A stretch of 60,084 nt of DNA, from assembly GCA_001275005.1 (NCBI GenBank), contig JWZX01003344.1, positions 1 through 60,084 on the forward strand, written 5' to 3'. Under the pieces are notes generated by a model that was given only the letters and a program-made list of their open reading frames with translations, was not told the origin of the DNA and made no database searches. Source of the stretch: Chrysochromulina tobinii (taxonomy: Eukaryota). The position numbers and the translations under genes were made by a program. Below, in pieces: positions 1-9,444 of the stretch. Positions within the stretch are counted from its first letter, which is position 1. Every line of letters begins with the position of its first letter.

Positions 1-118
1 GGGGATGGTGCGTGCACACCCCCGCCCCCCGCCCCCCCCCCCGCGCAGCCCCCTTGCATCCGCCATGCATCTCGCCCGCATCTGACTTGCCTTCTTCTAC
101 TAAATTGCCCTGATGCAG

Positions 119-200
119 CATTGGCATTTGGATGTCGTTCTGGTTCCTCCTGATGTGGTCGGGCAAGAGATTTAAGTCCCTCGACACTGTGAAGTACTGA
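119..200 (+). CDS. Probable terminal exon of a membrane-protein gene entering from the left edge
   Basis: GT donor at 8 (ATG|GTGCGT) and TGCAG acceptor ending at 118, followed by hydrophobic IGIWMSFWFLLMWSGKRFKSLDTVKY* (TGA 198-200). Confidence 0.45.
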
Positions 201-942
201 GTGTACGCAACCCTTCACGATGAGGCCTCCTGCACAGACACGAGTCCACTCGCCTTCAGCCAATTCTCGTTCAGGCTAGCTCACTGCCACTCGCACTCTA
301 TGCATCAAGTGGCCTCGGGCCTCAACAACGTACCATGATAGCTCATGATCGGATAACGATGGCCTGCGGTTAGGCTCTGCAGTGTGGACGTAAACACCGC
401 GTGCTCCGTGCAGAGTGGAGTGTTGTGTACAGCTGTACCGGCGCGACGGCGGACGGGGCTCGAGGGCGCGCGGCGAAGGCGCCTCGAACGCAGGGTCGAG
501 GGACGAGTCCCTCGGAGGGAGCAGCGGAGCAGGGTGCGTGCTGCCTGGTCGGGTCGTGCGTCGTCGGCTCCTGGGCGAGTCGACGCGCACGCGTGCTCTG
601 CTGCGCCGCCGCCGGTGGAGGGCGGACCGGCCGGGCGTGTACGGTGAAACGACAAAACTAATCTGAACGAATCACAACTATTACATAATGCATACAATTC
701 GCTCAAGAGGCACACGCCGCTTCGCCGGTCACGCGATGTACGATGGAGTCCGACGCGCGCACTCATCGCCGCGCTCCGTCGGCCGCCGGCCGCTCGTGTC
801 AGCAGAAATCGCGCGCCGATTGACGTCACAGCTCACACAGTCCACCGCACACATGCATGTCACGTGGCCTTCCGAATCTTACGCGCGGCCGTGACTCGAT
901 GCGCCTCTCCGTGCCCACCTGTTTCCGGTAGTAGCCCTCTGC

Positions 943-3900
943 TCAGAGCAGCAGCGAGCGGCCCGCGGCGCCTGTGATCTCGCCCACCTTGGCGTACACG
1001 TCCTTGGGCTTGTACGCGACGCATCCGCGGAGCATCGCAGCGCCCGACGGGTGGGAGACGACGGCGGCGTAGGGCGCCTTGTCGGTCTTGGAGAGCTTGA
1101 GGTCCGTAAAGAGGCGCGCGAGCGTGGCGCGCGAGTACGGGTCGAGGTGCTCGGGGGGCTCGAGGCTCGAGGCGGCGGGTGTGCGGTGCAGGAGCTCGTA
1201 CATGCCGGCAACGTCGAGCATCCGTTGCGTGTGGAATCCGAGGCAAGCAAACGCCTTGGCCGGCGTGTCGCACGCGTAGAGCAGCAGCTGCTGCACGTCG
1301 ACGGTGTCGTCCACGCTGAGCGCCTCGAAGAGCACTGCCTTGGTAGCGCCGATGACGTCGTACGCGCCCGGCGGCACCGGCGGGCGCCCCTCTTGTATCC
1401 AGAGCGGCAGCTCATCGTATTGGGCTTTGCTCAGCTTGAGCCCGACGCGCGCGGGCATCGTCGGGTCCAGGTGCTTGCCGGCGAGCGCCGCAGCCGCGTT
1501 GAGCATCTTGACGATGGCGCCCTCCGAGGGCGGCGGCAGCGCCGCGAGCGCAAAGAGCACGTCGGCCCAAGCGACCTGCGGCGAGCCCGGCGGGCAGAAG
1601 AGCGCGACGAGCTGCTCGTACTGGCTCGGCCCGAGGGGCCACCACTGCTCTGGCAGGGGCGGCGAGCTCGCGTCGAAGCCGGCGGCGCCGAGCCGGCTGA
1701 GCACGTCCTTGAGCGCGCTGCCGGTGAGGAAGGCGCCGTCGGCCGAGGCCTTGAGGCTCTTGGCGAGCCGTTGCAGCTGAACCACCGTGAACTGGTCGGC
1801 GAGGGGGTCCTGCCGGGGCGGTGGCACGGGCGGCGGCGGCTCGGGCGGCAGCATCAAGAGGGATTCGTCAATGATGAGCTGGTCGCCCTGCAGCTGCAGT
1901 GAAAGGGGGAGCGTCGCCTCCGCTTCGATGGCGCTGCGCATCAGGCCCACGAGTGAATTGCCCGCCACCGACTCGGCCTTTTGGCGCTGCCCGAGCCAGC
2001 CGTCGAGCTGCTTGAAGGTGCCCGCCACCTGCTCGCGCAGCCCTTCGACGGCGCCGCAGCCGTAGCGCAGGATGGCGACGAGCCGACGGCGCAGCTTGGC
2101 GCGCTCGCCAAGGAGGACCGAGTGCAACAGGGCCACGTACTCCGCAAACCGGAGGGCCTGGGCGTCGACACCGGGACCGGGCGCGGGCGGCGCGGGCGGC
2201 GCGGCACCTTCAATCGGTTCGCAGTGCGACGCAACGAGTGCGCTCACTGCTTGCGCGAGCGTCGCCTGCGGCGAGACGGCCGCCACCGGCGCCGCGCCCT
2301 TGGCGTCCTTGCCGCCCTTTGCGGGAGGCGCGCCCTTGCCGCCCTTGGCATCCGGAGGCGGGGGGGGCGGCGCGCCGTCGCCGGGAGGTGGCACGTTCAT
2401 CTCGACCGCCTCGGCGACGGCCACCTCGGCGAGCGGCGGCGGCGCGAAGGGCAGCGTCCGCTCGGCCTTGAGCGAGAGGTATGCATGCACGAGGCCGCAC
2501 GTGCTGCTGTAACGGTCGGCCTCGGCCTGCACGAGCGCGAGCAACGCCTGCGTGAGCTGCAAGGCATGCGAAGGCAGCCAGCCGTCGGAGGCCATCGAGG
2601 CGAGCATCGCCTCGCACTCCGCGCGCCGCCGGTCCGAGTGCGCGTACAGCGCCTCCTGCAGGTCAGACGCGATCATGTGCAGCTCGGCCTTGCCGTGATC
2701 CACGAGGCGCAGCTCGATGGGCATGGCGTTGAACTTCTGCTGAGCGTTCAGCGCCTCCGCTTCGCGCTGGTCGGGCCCTGTGAGCAGTTCGACGAACTCG
2801 TTGCGGCAGGAGCACACGCGCTGCAGCGCGTGCCACTGCAGCTTGCGCATCGTGCCGAAGGTGCTCGACATGGCGCTCACGTACGCCTTCTCGAGGGCCT
2901 GCCACTGCGCGAAGAGCACCTCGTGCGACTCAGGCGCGAGGGCGGCTGGGGCGGCCGCGACAGCGCCCAGGGCGTCCTCGGGTGGAGGCAGCCCTGCGGC
3001 CGCCGCCTCGGCAAGCTTGGCCGCCTTGGCCGCCTCCTCCGCCACCTTGGCCTCCGCCTCGGCCGCCGCGGCCGCCGCGGCCGCCGCGGCCGCCGCGCCC
3101 TCCTGCAGGAAGGCCTCGCGCGCACCGAGGCGCTCGCGCTTGAGCTGCAGCTTCTCGGCGATCGCCACGCCGATGCGCTCCGACACCTCCTCAATCGACG
3201 CCTCCCCTCCGACCGAAGCGAGCAGGTTGAGCCCGTAGCCAGGCGCAGGCGCGGGCGTCACGCCCTCGCTCGGCCCATACCACTCCGCGAGCGCGGCCTC
3301 GGCATCCTTGTAGGCCACCAGAGCCATTGGCAGCGTCGCCTCGGCGTCGGCCGCGCCCTCGACGTGCACGAGCCGGCCGTTGATGCCGTCAAACGTGGGG
3401 CCGAGCTCGTCCTCCGTCTCCTGGGGAGGTTCGAACTCGAGGTGGTAGATGGTCCCCGTCTTGGGGTCGAGCCGTCGGCCGAGCGCGCGCCGTCGCGCCG
3501 TCTCCTCCGGCAGGTCGAGACGCAGCACGCAGTCAAGCCCGGGCACACGCGGCGGCTTGGAAGGATCGTCCGCGGGAGGGGGCGGTGCGACCTTAGAGCC
3601 CTTCTTGGGCGGCTCCTTTGGCGGCGGCTCGAAGCCCGTCAGCGCCTTTTCGAGCAGCAGCGCCTGCGCCACCGTCTTGGGAAAGTCATCGAGCACGAAC
3701 CCTGCGTAGCTCACGTGATCGATCGCCTCGATGGCGCCGACGATGAGGCCCACTAGCACGTCGTCAGGCACGGGCCCCGGCAGCGCCGCGGCCGCGCGCC
3801 GCGCGAGCTCGAGGGGCACGTGGGCGGGCGGCTCAACGGCCGCCGCCGCCGCCGCCGCCGCCGCCTCCGCCGCCTCGCCCTCCAAGCCCGCCGCCGCCGC

Positions 3901-5910
3901 CGCCTTGGTGGCCGCGAGCTGCTCATCGTAGCGCTTGCATGCGGCCACCGACGCGGCGACCACCTCGGCGGGCAGGATGGCGAAGAGCCGGTGAGAGGTG
4001 ACGAGCTTCTGCGCCTGCAGCGACGTGCCGCTGTACGGCCGGCCGAGCAGGGCCACCTTGACCATCTGGTCCGGCAGCGACGCGTGCTCGCTCACGGGCG
4101 GCGGCGGCATGCAAGCCTCGATGCACTCGAGAACCATGCGCCCCGTCTGCGCGCAGCCCGACTCGGCGGGCGCCGGGTGGAGCGTCGCATCCGACGAGAG
4201 CACCTCGGCCACCGCCACGTCCGCCGGCACCCTCACCAGCGACAGCGCGGGCACTGACCAATCGGCCGCGCCGATGAGATATGTGTCGAGCTCAGCCGCA
4301 TGAAGCATCGCCTCAGTCTCCGCGAGGGCTGTAGCGGGCGCCTCTGGCAGCTCCTCGATGTGCGGCGTGTCGACGTCGATCGGCCCGTCGAGCGGCACGC
4401 CCGCCTTGAACAGCGCGGTCCAGTCGCGCATCACCTTGGGCGGCATCAGCGGCGCGGCCGTCGCGCGGAAGTCGACGACCCGCCCAGCGAGCGCCACGAG
4501 CTGCTCGGCGATGCGTCGACACGTGGCCTCGTGCTTCTGGCGCGTGACCGCCTGGCGCGCGGACTCGTTCTCGGCCGCCGCCTCGCGCTCGCGCGCGAGC
4601 CGCTCCATGTACTCCTGCCGCGCGTGCTCGCCCAGCGCGCGGTCGTGCGCGCGCCGCGCGAGCTCCGACTGACGCGCCGCCTCGGCAAGCTGCTGGTCCC
4701 GAAGCTCGCGATTGTGCCGCATGGCGTCCTTCTCCTTGCGAGCAATCCAGAGCTGCTCGCCGATCTGGCGCTCCTCCTGGCTCTGGCGCGCCAGCTTCGA
4801 GAGCACCAGCTCTTCACAACGCTTCTCCTCGAGCTGCGCCTGCGCCGCGTCCTGCTCGAGCATCACCTTGCGCCGACGCATCTCCCGCTCCTTGCGACCA
4901 GCCTCCTCCTCTAGCCGCTTGACGCGCAGCCGGCCGAGGTACTGCTTGGCCTCGGCGTCCATCGACGCGGCCGAGGGGAGCATTGCCTCGAGCTTCATCA
5001 GGTGCTCCGCCGCGCCCACCTCGACGCGCATCGTGTCGGCGGCCGCGTCGTCCGAGGACGGGCCGTCGCTTTGCAGCCGGCGCAGAGTCGACTCGAACTC
5101 GTGTACGCCCTGCTGCATGTCGAGGGTGTGGAACTCGTGGGTCTTGGCGAGCGTGGCCGCGTGCTTCGTGCGCACCGTCAGCTCGAAGCGCAGCTTCGCT
5201 TTCTCGTCCTCCTTGCGTCGGGTCAGGTTGATTTGGTGCTTGGCGTAGCCGTCGGCCTGCCACTCGGACATCAGCCGCTGCCCCTCGTGGAGCTTGGCGA
5301 GCTCGAGCTGGCGCCGCTGCGCGACCATGGCCGTGTACTGCTTGGCGCGCAGCTCGTCCAGCTCCTCGTCGCGCCGCTGCTGCTCGATCATGTGCTCCGT
5401 GAACTTGGAGAGGGAGAGCGCCTGCGCCAGCTGCTTCGGGTCCTGCACCTGCTGCTTGACGAGGCCCTCAAAATGATCCGCCTGCATACGCTCGTGCGTG
5501 GTGAGCATCGGGCGCGTGGCCTTGAGCGTCGATCCGAGTAGCACGGCCTCCTTTTTGCCGCGGCGCACCACCGGCTTGCCGCCGCCGCCGGTCTTGGCAT
5601 TCTCCAGGCCGAGCTTGAGCTGGTACATCATGTTGATGCCCACGCCCTTGGTCTCGGTCATCAGGTCGTTGGCGAGCTTGGAATTGAATTTGACGCCGAG
5701 GTCGAGCAGCGGCTGCTGGATCGCAGTCAGGTTGGCCACCTTGACGCTCGGCGCCTCGCTGTCCTGCAGCTGCGTGCCCTGCGGCAGCAGCCCGTGCTCG
5801 TCGAGCAGCACGCCGAGCAGGTAGCCGTTGCACAGATCGCCCTCAAAATGGTCGATCTGGCGGCACGATGACGGCAGCGTCTCATTGGCCCAGGCCTTGA
5901 GCAGCTCCAT
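943..5910 (-). CDS. SPEF2: Sperm flagellar protein 2 / CPC1-like central-pair protein (CH domain, coiled coil, adenylate-kinase-like domain)
   Basis: 1655-aa intronless ORF. N-terminal CH-like segment (FEGDLCNGYLLGVLL), long coiled coil, degenerate P-loop LLGRPYSGTSLQA, GFVLDDFPKTVAQA and LID-like RRLDPKTGTIYHLEFEPP match the SPEF2 architecture. Confidence 0.85.
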   Translation of the reverse strand: MELLKAWANETLPSSCRQIDHFEGDLCNGYLLGVLLDEHGLLPQGTQLQDSEAPSVKVANLTAIQQPLLDLGVKFNSKLANDLMTETKGVGINMMYQLKLGLENAKTGGGGKPVVRRGKKEAVLLGSTLKATRPMLTTHERMQADHFEGLVKQQVQDPKQLAQALSLSKFTEHMIEQQRRDEELDELRAKQYTAMVAQRRQLELAKLHEGQRLMSEWQADGYAKHQINLTRRKEDEKAKLRFELTVRTKHAATLAKTHEFHTLDMQQGVHEFESTLRRLQSDGPSSDDAAADTMRVEVGAAEHLMKLEAMLPSAASMDAEAKQYLGRLRVKRLEEEAGRKEREMRRRKVMLEQDAAQAQLEEKRCEELVLSKLARQSQEERQIGEQLWIARKEKDAMRHNRELRDQQLAEAARQSELARRAHDRALGEHARQEYMERLAREREAAAENESARQAVTRQKHEATCRRIAEQLVALAGRVVDFRATAAPLMPPKVMRDWTALFKAGVPLDGPIDVDTPHIEELPEAPATALAETEAMLHAAELDTYLIGAADWSVPALSLVRVPADVAVAEVLSSDATLHPAPAESGCAQTGRMVLECIEACMPPPPVSEHASLPDQMVKVALLGRPYSGTSLQAQKLVTSHRLFAILPAEVVAASVAACKRYDEQLAATKAAAAAGLEGEAAEAAAAAAAAAVEPPAHVPLELARRAAAALPGPVPDDVLVGLIVGAIEAIDHVSYAGFVLDDFPKTVAQALLLEKALTGFEPPPKEPPKKGSKVAPPPPADDPSKPPRVPGLDCVLRLDLPEETARRRALGRRLDPKTGTIYHLEFEPPQETEDELGPTFDGINGRLVHVEGAADAEATLPMALVAYKDAEAALAEWYGPSEGVTPAPAPGYGLNLLASVGGEASIEEVSERIGVAIAEKLQLKRERLGAREAFLQEGAAAAAAAAAAAAEAEAKVAEEAAKAAKLAEAAAAGLPPPEDALGAVAAAPAALAPESHEVLFAQWQALEKAYVSAMSSTFGTMRKLQWHALQRVCSCRNEFVELLTGPDQREAEALNAQQKFNAMPIELRLVDHGKAELHMIASDLQEALYAHSDRRRAECEAMLASMASDGWLPSHALQLTQALLALVQAEADRYSSTCGLVHAYLSLKAERTLPFAPPPLAEVAVAEAVEMNVPPPGDGAPPPPPPDAKGGKGAPPAKGGKDAKGAAPVAAVSPQATLAQAVSALVASHCEPIEGAAPPAPPAPGPGVDAQALRFAEYVALLHSVLLGERAKLRRRLVAILRYGCGAVEGLREQVAGTFKQLDGWLGQRQKAESVAGNSLVGLMRSAIEAEATLPLSLQLQGDQLIIDESLLMLPPEPPPPVPPPRQDPLADQFTVVQLQRLAKSLKASADGAFLTGSALKDVLSRLGAAGFDASSPPLPEQWWPLGPSQYEQLVALFCPPGSPQVAWADVLFALAALPPPSEGAIVKMLNAAAALAGKHLDPTMPARVGLKLSKAQYDELPLWIQEGRPPVPPGAYDVIGATKAVLFEALSVDDTVDVQQLLLYACDTPAKAFACLGFHTQRMLDVAGMYELLHRTPAASSLEPPEHLDPYSRATLARLFTDLKLSKTDKAPYAAVVSHPSGAAMLRGCVAYKPKDVYAKVGEITGAAGRSLLL

Positions 5911-6943
5911 TTGGGATCAGACCGAGTGGTCACGACGGTGTTTGAGAAGCAAGGCAGTCTGCTTTGCAACCGACTTCGCTTCAAAGTGTGTCTCGTTCAT
6001 ATGAATACTTGTACACAATGTAATAAGGTGTATTCTGAGCGGGCAGTAACAGTGCCGTAGCACCGGTTGTCGCATCTGTCGTGTTAACGTTCACACAGCT
6101 CTGCCGCTCGACCCCAACAGTTAAGCGGCCGTGAACCACCGTGTGAAGAGACAGTAGCCCGGCCAGGGGGAAGGTGTCTCCCGGCCGTTTGGGATATTGG
6201 GCACATGGGGTACCATATGGGGATACCTATCGGGAGATCTGCTGCTCAAGGTTTCGAGATCAAAGGGGAAATCTCGAAGCTACAATGTAGTCGATGCGCA
6301 TCCTGATTAACCCCTACGGGAGATACACGTGGCAGATTGTGTGCTACTCGGCACCGCTGCACCTCGGGGGGGGTCTCGAAGCGCAATGCAGGGTCGCGCA
6401 TGTCGTCGTCTCGTCATTGCGTCTCGTCGAATCCTCCGATGAGAGATAAGTGGTCCCGCCCACGGCCCAGCCCACCCACCGCGATGTAAGCCTGTAGCCT
6501 GGCGTGGTCTAGCTTTAGCAGGGACCGGGTACTTATGTCGCCGCTCACCACGAGGCTGCGTTTGTGTAGCTTTGATGAACAACGCGCGACCAGGTTTACG
6601 TACGGTAAACGGCACATTCATTCACAGCACACCAACAGGCAACACGCACATTCAAACCCGGCTATACCCGGTTTCAAACCGTCCCTGCACATTCACTGGT
6701 CCCAAAACGGCCAGAAGATCTGTTCGAAGATCTATCAGCACATCAGTTTCGTCGCGGTCACCCGAGCGCTCCGCACACCATCGTCTCATCAAAGGACGGC
6801 TCCACACCCCTCGGCTCAACACAAGAATTGAGTACTCGCTCGCTCGGGCTTGCACGTTTTGGTTGGTCGCGCGCTGCCGGGGGGTTGTGCTTGTGGTCCC
6901 GAAAATTGAAAATGCCTCAGTGGAGGAGTTTCCGCCCTGTGAC

Positions 6944-9175
6944 TTACTTACTGGTGGGGCTGTTGCCGTCAAAGGTGCGGCTGCTGTCAAAGGTGCTGGT
7001 AGAAGCCATGTACTTGCTGGCCTCGTACGTGCTGGTCAACACATCGTCGCCTCCAGCACGAGGGGATGGCACCGAGGGCAGTCGAGCAGAGTCGCAGCCG
7101 GCGTGGAGCGAGGTCATACGGCCGGGCCGTTCAAAAGTCGTGACGGAGGGTGTCTTCGACGACCGTGGGAGAGTGAGCGCCAGATCGATCGAGTCGGTCA
7201 TGTCCATCGTCCGGGTCAAGGTGGGGCTGTTGCCGACAAACGTGCTGGTCGAAGCCTTGTTGGGGTCACAGGTGCTGCTCGAAGCGGCGTCATCAAAGGT
7301 GCCGTCGTACGTGCTGACGAAACCGGCCGCTGCAGAGGTTTGCTTCGACATTCGCCGGAACTTGGATTTGGTCGAGCTGCTGGACACGCAAGGCGAGGGG
7401 GCGGCGTCGGCACGAGGGCTGAGCGCAAGCGACCCGCCGAGGATGCTCTTGGAGGCGCCGTACGTGCCCTGTGAGGCGTCGTACGTGCCCTGGCTGTCGA
7501 CGGCGACGGGCGCGAGCACCCTCCGGCGCTGGAGTCGCACGAGCGGGCGCATGTCGCGCGCACCCTTGAGGATGCCGTTTTGGATCCCAGGAGACGCGAT
7601 CGCGTCCGCGATCGCCGGCATGTCAGGCCGTTGCTCAGGGTCGCGCCGGCAGCACTGCTTGGCAAGGGCGAGGATGCTGGCTGGGCACTTGTACTCGCGC
7701 CGATCGGTGTCATCGATGAGCACCTGCACAGGGGAGACTTCGCCGCGCTGCACCACGCGCACGATGTCCATCGCGGTCTTGCATTTGAGCGCGTAGTAAG
7801 GCGGGCGCAGCGTCGCCATGTGCACGAGCAGGCACCCAAACGACCACACGTCGAGCGCCGCCGAGTGGGCCTCGCCACGCGCCACCTCGGGCGCCATGTA
7901 TGGCGGCGTGCCATGGATCCCCTCGCCCTCGGCGGCCGAGCCGGGCTTGCCCTTGGCGGACGAGCCGAAGTCGGCGACCTTGGCCACCCACGAGTCCGAG
8001 AGCAGCACGTTGCCAGGCTTGAGGTCGCGGTGAAGCAGGTTGTTGAAGTGCAGGTACGCGACGCCCTTGGCCACGTCGCTCGCGATCGAGAGGAGCGAGG
8101 CGCGCCACGTGCGGTACTCCCTGTACTCGGCGGTGCTGTGCAGCAGCTCAAGCAGCGAGATCTCGAGCAGCTCGAGCACGATGCCCACGCGCTGCACGTT
8201 GTCGGTGGTGATGCCAAGCATGAGCACCACGTTCGGGTGGCGCAGAGTCATCATGGTGTCGTGCTCCTGCAGCATGTCGGCCAGCAGCGCCGCCGAAGAC
8301 TCCCTGTCCTCGCGCAGCTGCTTGACCGCGCAAGGCGTCGCCTTGAACGAGCACGCGTGCACGGTGCCAAAGGTGCCCTCGCCCAGCTTCTCGAGGATCT
8401 TGAGATCCTTCCACGGGATGGGCTGGATCTTGCTCGACTTGGTCGCCTGGACGATCATCTGGTTGAGCGCAAACGACTTGGCCGCCCATCGAGGAGTCAG
8501 GTCGCTTGGTATCGACGAGAGCAGATTGTTCTTTGATGGGTTGTGCTCATCAAAGGTCGCCGAGGCGAAGGCGGGCGCGACAGGATTGTCCTTCTTCACA
8601 AAGTCGATGGTAGCCTCGGCTTCGAGATCTTTGTCCTTCTTCAAGTCGATGGTAGCCTCGGCTTCGAGATCCCTGGCGGGTCGGGCGGCGGCATCCGTCT
8701 GTCTGGCGGGTTGGGTGGCCTTCACAATGTCGACATCCTCGTCCAGCGCGATGCCGTGGGTGGCCGCCCCTAAATCCTCGTCCAGCGCGATGCCGTGGGT
8801 GGCCGCCCCTCTCTCGTCGGCAGTTCTCGAGCTCGTACTCGCGCCAAAGCCCACCTGTGCTCGCAATCTGCCGAAGGCATCGGGGGTGTTGCCGGCGCGG
8901 CCGACCGACTTGGCCCGGCTGCGCCGGCAACGCCTTACCAGCAGTATGGCTGCGATGCCGCCCAGAAGCGAACCGGTCCCGACGGCGATCAGCACTGTGA
9001 GCACGGTGCCGCCGCCGGCATCGGGCACGGAGAGCCCGGGGTTAAATAGCGTTGGCGAGGGCGGTGGTGGCGAGGGCGGTGGCGAAGGAGGCGGCGGAGG
9101 CGACGGCGCCTCGATCTCGAGAATGTTGTAGGTCCAATCGACTTTCACGATTTTGCCGGCGCGGCCGACCGACAT
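6944..9175 (-). CDS. Single-pass receptor-like protein kinase (TKL-like) with Pro-rich (SPPPP) N-terminal region; start uncertain
   Basis: TM helix VLTVLIAVGTGSLLGGIAAILLV followed by RRCRR. Kinase motifs LGEGTFGTV, AVK, HRDLKPGN, DFG, GTPPYMAPE and DVWSFG are intact. The ORF is open to 9319; the ATG at 9175 is the last in-frame ATG before the Pro-rich region. Confidence 0.85.
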   Translation of the reverse strand: MSVGRAGKIVKVDWTYNILEIEAPSPPPPPSPPPSPPPPSPTLFNPGLSVPDAGGGTVLTVLIAVGTGSLLGGIAAILLVRRCRRSRAKSVGRAGNTPDAFGRLRAQVGFGASTSSRTADERGAATHGIALDEDLGAATHGIALDEDVDIVKATQPARQTDAAARPARDLEAEATIDLKKDKDLEAEATIDFVKKDNPVAPAFASATFDEHNPSKNNLLSSIPSDLTPRWAAKSFALNQMIVQATKSSKIQPIPWKDLKILEKLGEGTFGTVHACSFKATPCAVKQLREDRESSAALLADMLQEHDTMMTLRHPNVVLMLGITTDNVQRVGIVLELLEISLLELLHSTAEYREYRTWRASLLSIASDVAKGVAYLHFNNLLHRDLKPGNVLLSDSWVAKVADFGSSAKGKPGSAAEGEGIHGTPPYMAPEVARGEAHSAALDVWSFGCLLVHMATLRPPYYALKCKTAMDIVRVVQRGEVSPVQVLIDDTDRREYKCPASILALAKQCCRRDPEQRPDMPAIADAIASPGIQNGILKGARDMRPLVRLQRRRVLAPVAVDSQGTYDASQGTYGASKSILGGSLALSPRADAAPSPCVSSSSTKSKFRRMSKQTSAAAGFVSTYDGTFDDAASSSTCDPNKASTSTFVGNSPTLTRTMDMTDSIDLALTLPRSSKTPSVTTFERPGRMTSLHAGCDSARLPSVPSPRAGGDDVLTSTYEASKYMASTSTFDSSRTFDGNSPTSK
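8583..8810 (-). repeat. Two short in-frame tandem duplications in the kinase juxtamembrane region
   Basis: GAATHGIALDED x2 and DLEAEATID x2, near-identical at DNA level. Confidence 0.8.
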
Positions 9176-9444
9176 TGGCCCGCGTGGCGGGGTTTCGCGA
9201 GACGCCGTCATCGACGTTGGGCACACCCGAAAGCTTCGGCTCAAACCAGGTGGCGCTTCTCGACGAGGTGCCCGGCGCTCTCGCGCTCCTGGTGGCCGCG
9301 CTAGACAAGGCGGGTGCATCCCGTGCGGACGACCTCGGGCTCATTATCGCCGGTATTGCTGTGGCACGCGGTTCGAGCTACCGGCTGCTCCTCGAGGCGG
9401 GCACCGTGCCTTCGCTCTTGCGCCACCTGCCGCACAATGCATCC

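Noticed and set aside
1051..5824. Many long ORFs antisense to or overlapping SPEF2 (and similar ones over other genes, e.g. 12682-14502 -)
   Set aside because: These are shadow ORFs expected from high GC3 and scarce stop codons, with Arg/Ala/Gly-rich non-protein-like composition.
6000..6900. Possible RNA gene or small gene in the long spacer between SPEF2 and the kinase
   Set aside because: No tRNA, rRNA or snRNA motif was recognised and the ORFs lack coding bias. An Rfam search would be needed.
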